64,000 nt of DNA, taken from contig OZ244621.1 in NCBI GenBank assembly GCA_965218425.1, positions 3,616,001 through 3,680,000 on the forward strand, in the 5' to 3' direction. The translations under genes and the position numbers were made by a program. Of this stretch, positions 60,969-64,000 are shown piece by piece (the stretch's first letter is position 1; each line of letters opens with the position of its first letter). Under the pieces are notes generated by a model that saw nothing but the letters and a program-made list of their open reading frames with translations, was not told the origin of the DNA and ran no database searches. The stretch is from an uncultured Candidatus Binatia bacterium. GTDB lineage: Bacteria > Desulfobacterota > Binatia > UBA9968 > CAXXLF01.

Positions 60969-62609
60969 TTACCCTAGTTTCTGCATCAGTGCCGAAACGC
61001 CTACTATTAGGACAACGTAGAAACCCAACACGCCATAGACTGCCGGCCAGTTGATACGACTCGGCTCCTCTGGTTCCAATGCAACCTCTTTAGTCCCCTG
61101 TGTTTCCCAAGCAGAAACTAATCCGGCAATGACCACAGTGGTCAGGAACCCGGTGAGATTCCACCAGAGCCACGAAATGGAAATAAGCTGCGCCCACCAT
61201 TGTAGAAAAAACAGGCCGATGTTTGTCATCGCACCTGAGATAATTCCAATCTTCGTGGCCCTAGGGCCGGCCCAGCCCGTCAACATCCCAAGAAGAAACG
61301 CTGCCAGTATAGGCCCATAGAGAATGCTTCCAATGGCGTTGATCAGGACAATGGTGGTCTGGCGGGTGGCCTCGGGTGTGGCCGCAAACAGCAGGGCCAC
61401 TCCGACACAGAAGACGCCCCAAAGCAGGGTGAAGGCCTTCGATGCAATGAAATAGTGCCGTTCGCTGGCGTCTTTGTTCCAGTAACGCTGATAAAAATCG
61501 CGTATGGTCACAGCACTCAAGGAATTGAGCGCTGAATCTAAACTGGACATTAGGGCGGAGAGGATAGCCACGAAAATGAACCCGATCACCCCGTGGGGAA
61601 GGTAAGATAAGATGAATAGAGGGACCATACGGTCTGGATCCCGTTGAAGTGTGACGGTTACGGTTTCGGGAGAACTCCCTATTGCAATAGCGGCACGCCC
61701 CAGGAACTCGGGGGTTGTAACCACCGCTCCTACAAAAACTCCCATCATGCAATAGAGGAGGACCAGGGGGAAGCGACCAAATGCATTTACCAGAAGCGAC
61801 TTTTTGACGTCGTCGATTTTCCCTACGGTTAGCTCCCTCTGAACCTGGCTCTGATCGCATCCATAGTAGGAAGCATAAAGAAAGAACCCGCCAAGGATCA
61901 TGGGCCAGAAGGCGTAGGTCCCTGCCGGGCTTAGCCCCAGGTGTTGAAAATCCAAAACCCGAAGGCGAGCCGGTTCCATGTTTGCCCAGGCCGTGTCCCA
62001 ACCCACGAAGCTAAGGGCCACGCCGCCACAAACTAGGATTCCGATCAAAATGATAAACATTTGAATTACGTCGCTTAGGATCACGACCCGGATGCCGCCG
62101 AGAATATCGTAAAGGATGGTTACCAAGCTGATGGCGATAATTGCCGCGGGTGTTGAAATGCCGAGCACGGTGGAAAGGATGAGCCCACCGGCCAGCACGG
62201 TCACGGCCGTGGCCAAGCCCCGTCCAATCTGAAAGAGAAGGCTGACCAGGGTGCGAGTTCCCGCATCAAAACGGGCCTCGAGGTACTCATAGATGCTGAT
62301 GACACCGGCGCGATGAAAAGTGGGAAGGATGACGACCATGACCAAGATAAGGGCTAAAGGGACTCCAAATTCATAGGCAAGCCATTTCAATCCGCCGCCA
62401 TCTTTGAGCACCACAAAGGCCGGAGCGGAAACGAAGCTTACGGCCCCCAGTTGAGTTGCCATGGTGGAGAGGCCGGATTGCCACCAACGAACGGTTCTGC
62501 CCCCAAGGAAGTAATCGTGCATTGTGTTCTGGGAGCGGCCCAATAAAAACCCCGCTCCTAGAATGAAAAAGACATAGAGCGCAATGACTCCCCAGTCGAG
62601 AAAATTCAT
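60969..62609 (-). CDS. Sodium:solute symporter (SSS family)
   Basis: DYFLGGR, STMATQ, GGIRVVILSD, YGCDQSQVQR and MSSLDSALNSLS motifs. Confidence 0.92.
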   Translation of the reverse strand: MNFLDWGVIALYVFFILGAGFLLGRSQNTMHDYFLGGRTVRWWQSGLSTMATQLGAVSFVSAPAFVVLKDGGGLKWLAYEFGVPLALILVMVVILPTFHRAGVISIYEYLEARFDAGTRTLVSLLFQIGRGLATAVTVLAGGLILSTVLGISTPAAIIAISLVTILYDILGGIRVVILSDVIQMFIILIGILVCGGVALSFVGWDTAWANMEPARLRVLDFQHLGLSPAGTYAFWPMILGGFFLYASYYGCDQSQVQRELTVGKIDDVKKSLLVNAFGRFPLVLLYCMMGVFVGAVVTTPEFLGRAAIAIGSSPETVTVTLQRDPDRMVPLFILSYLPHGVIGFIFVAILSALMSSLDSALNSLSAVTIRDFYQRYWNKDASERHYFIASKAFTLLWGVFCVGVALLFAATPEATRQTTIVLINAIGSILYGPILAAFLLGMLTGWAGPRATKIGIISGAMTNIGLFFLQWWAQLISISWLWWNLTGFLTTVVIAGLVSAWETQGTKEVALEPEEPSRINWPAVYGVLGFYVVLIVGVSALMQKLG

Positions 62610-62701
62610 TCCATGCACCTCTTTTGGTACTTAAACACTAGAATTGCACTCACTGTCAATCCCCCCTTGTCGTCACGGGCGGCTTTGGGTAGTCTAAAGT
62701 T

Positions 62702-64000
62702 ATGAGGGACGTGGCTCAGTTAAGGAAAGACGCATGTTCCATATTTCAGTGTGGTGTGAGGGAGGCGGCTCCGGAAAACGCCATTGGGCGATCGTTGAAG
62801 GTAGATGGGGAGAGGTTGGAGGTCCACAATGAGGTTTATGACCTTGCACGCTACGATGGTATTTCCGTCATCGGTGCCGGAAAAGCCGCAGCCGTCATGG
62901 CTCAGGCCGTGGAGGCTCAACTCGCTCCACGAATCAAAGGTGGATTCGTTAACGTTAAGTATGGGCACAGTGCTTCCCTACAACGCATTGAAGTAAATGA
63001 GGCGGGCCACCCGGTTCCAGATGAAGCGGGGATACGGGGAGTGGACCGAATGATCCAACTCCTCCATGGAACCGGTGAGAAGGACTTGGTCCTCGCGTTG
63101 ATATCAGGTGGAGGATCAGCGTTGCTGCCGTATCCGGCTAAGGGTTTGACTTTAGGAGATAAACAAAAGGTCACCAAGCTTCTGTTGGATTGCGGCGCCT
63201 CCATTCGTGAGATCAATGCGGTGCGGAAGCATCTCTCCCAGATTAAAGGGGGCCGAATGGCTCGACTCGCTCACCCATCCACTTTGATCGGCTTGATCCT
63301 CTCAGATGTCATCGGAGATGATATGGATTGTATTGCCTCGGGACCTACGGCTCCCGATGGAAGCACCTTCCATGACTGCATCTGGATTATTGAAAAGCAT
63401 GGTCTTCGTACCCGGATGCCAAGTGCCGCCATGAAGGTACTAGAGAGAGGGGAGGGGGGAGAGCTGGAGGAGACGCCCAAAGTGGGTGGTACGGTCTTTA
63501 GGAACGTCAAAAATGTCATCGTGGGTAATAACGATCTGGCCCTCCAAGGGGCAAAGGAAAGGGCGCAACAGCTGGGTTATCACGGGCTCATCCTTTCGAG
63601 CTCCATTCAGGGAGAGACTCACGTTGCCGCAAGGGCTCATACGACCTTGGCTAATGAAATCCTAACCACGGACCATCCAGTTCTGAGACCCGCCTGCGTT
63701 ATTTCCGGGGGGGAGACCACCGTGTTTATAAAGGGAAACGGCTTGGGTGGACGAAATCAGGAGTTCGCGTTAGCAGCCGCTATGACAATTGACGGATTGG
63801 AACCTGTGGTCATTTTGAGTGGTGGAACCGATGGAACGGACGGTCCCACGGATGCCGCGGGAGCCCTTGTGGACGGCAGGACCATTGCAAGAGCAAAAGC
63901 GGCTGGCATGGATCCAAATCACTACCTTGAACGGAACGATTCGTACCATTTTTTTCAAAGTCTCGGAGACCTGCTGATCACCGGCCCCTCCCGCACGAAC
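62702..64000 (+). CDS. Glycerate 2-kinase (MOFRL/TtuD family); 3' end runs off the window
   Basis: Not in the ORF track. Manual translation from ATG 62702: MRDVAQLRKDA...VIGAGKAA..M...EAGHPVPD...LISGGGSAL...NAVRKHLSQIKGG...SDVIGD...IASGPT...SGGETTV...GGRNQE...GTDGTDGPTDAAG...TGPSRTN. Confidence 0.92.
   Translation, partial: MRDVAQLRKDACSIFQCGVREAAPENAIGRSLKVDGERLEVHNEVYDLARYDGISVIGAGKAAAVMAQAVEAQLAPRIKGGFVNVKYGHSASLQRIEVNEAGHPVPDEAGIRGVDRMIQLLHGTGEKDLVLALISGGGSALLPYPAKGLTLGDKQKVTKLLLDCGASIREINAVRKHLSQIKGGRMARLAHPSTLIGLILSDVIGDDMDCIASGPTAPDGSTFHDCIWIIEKHGLRTRMPSAAMKVLERGEGGELEETPKVGGTVFRNVKNVIVGNNDLALQGAKERAQQLGYHGLILSSSIQGETHVAARAHTTLANEILTTDHPVLRPACVISGGETTVFIKGNGLGGRNQEFALAAAMTIDGLEPVVILSGGTDGTDGPTDAAGALVDGRTIARAKAAGMDPNHYLERNDSYHFFQSLGDLLITGPSRTN

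Overview
64 kb of bacterial chromosome with roughly mid-50s GC (estimated by eye). The gene content (many solute-binding proteins, amidohydrolase-2 enzymes, Rieske oxygenases) suggests a deltaproteobacterium-like lineage such as Candidatus Binatia; this is inference. There are three blocks. (1) 0.5-15.5 kb is housekeeping: a pyr operon (pyrR, fused pyrB, carA, carB, recG) behind a PyrR-type attenuator, then alaC-hom-apgM-glpX. (2) About 17-48.6 kb is aromatic catabolism and transport: lower meta-cleavage genes, three MFS transporters, a peptide-family ABC system, an orphan EutA-like ATPase, two amidohydrolases, two Rieske oxygenases, a CoA-transferase and two NMT1/SsuA-fold proteins without signal peptides. 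(3) 48.7-64 kb is salt/osmo-adaptation: two Na+:solute symporters, a 10-gene Mrp antiporter, a CaCA exchanger, an OtsA-like GT20 synthase and glycerate 2-kinase. The standout is the 646-aa aspartate carbamoyltransferase, a three-part fusion of catalytic PyrB, only the zinc domain of PyrI, and a second PyrR domain that has lost the RNA-binding helix residues. It sits next to a free PyrR with complementary changes, suggesting an undescribed allosteric/attenuation circuit. Several structured intergenic repeats are present. No rRNA, intact tRNA, CRISPR array, transposase or integrase was seen.
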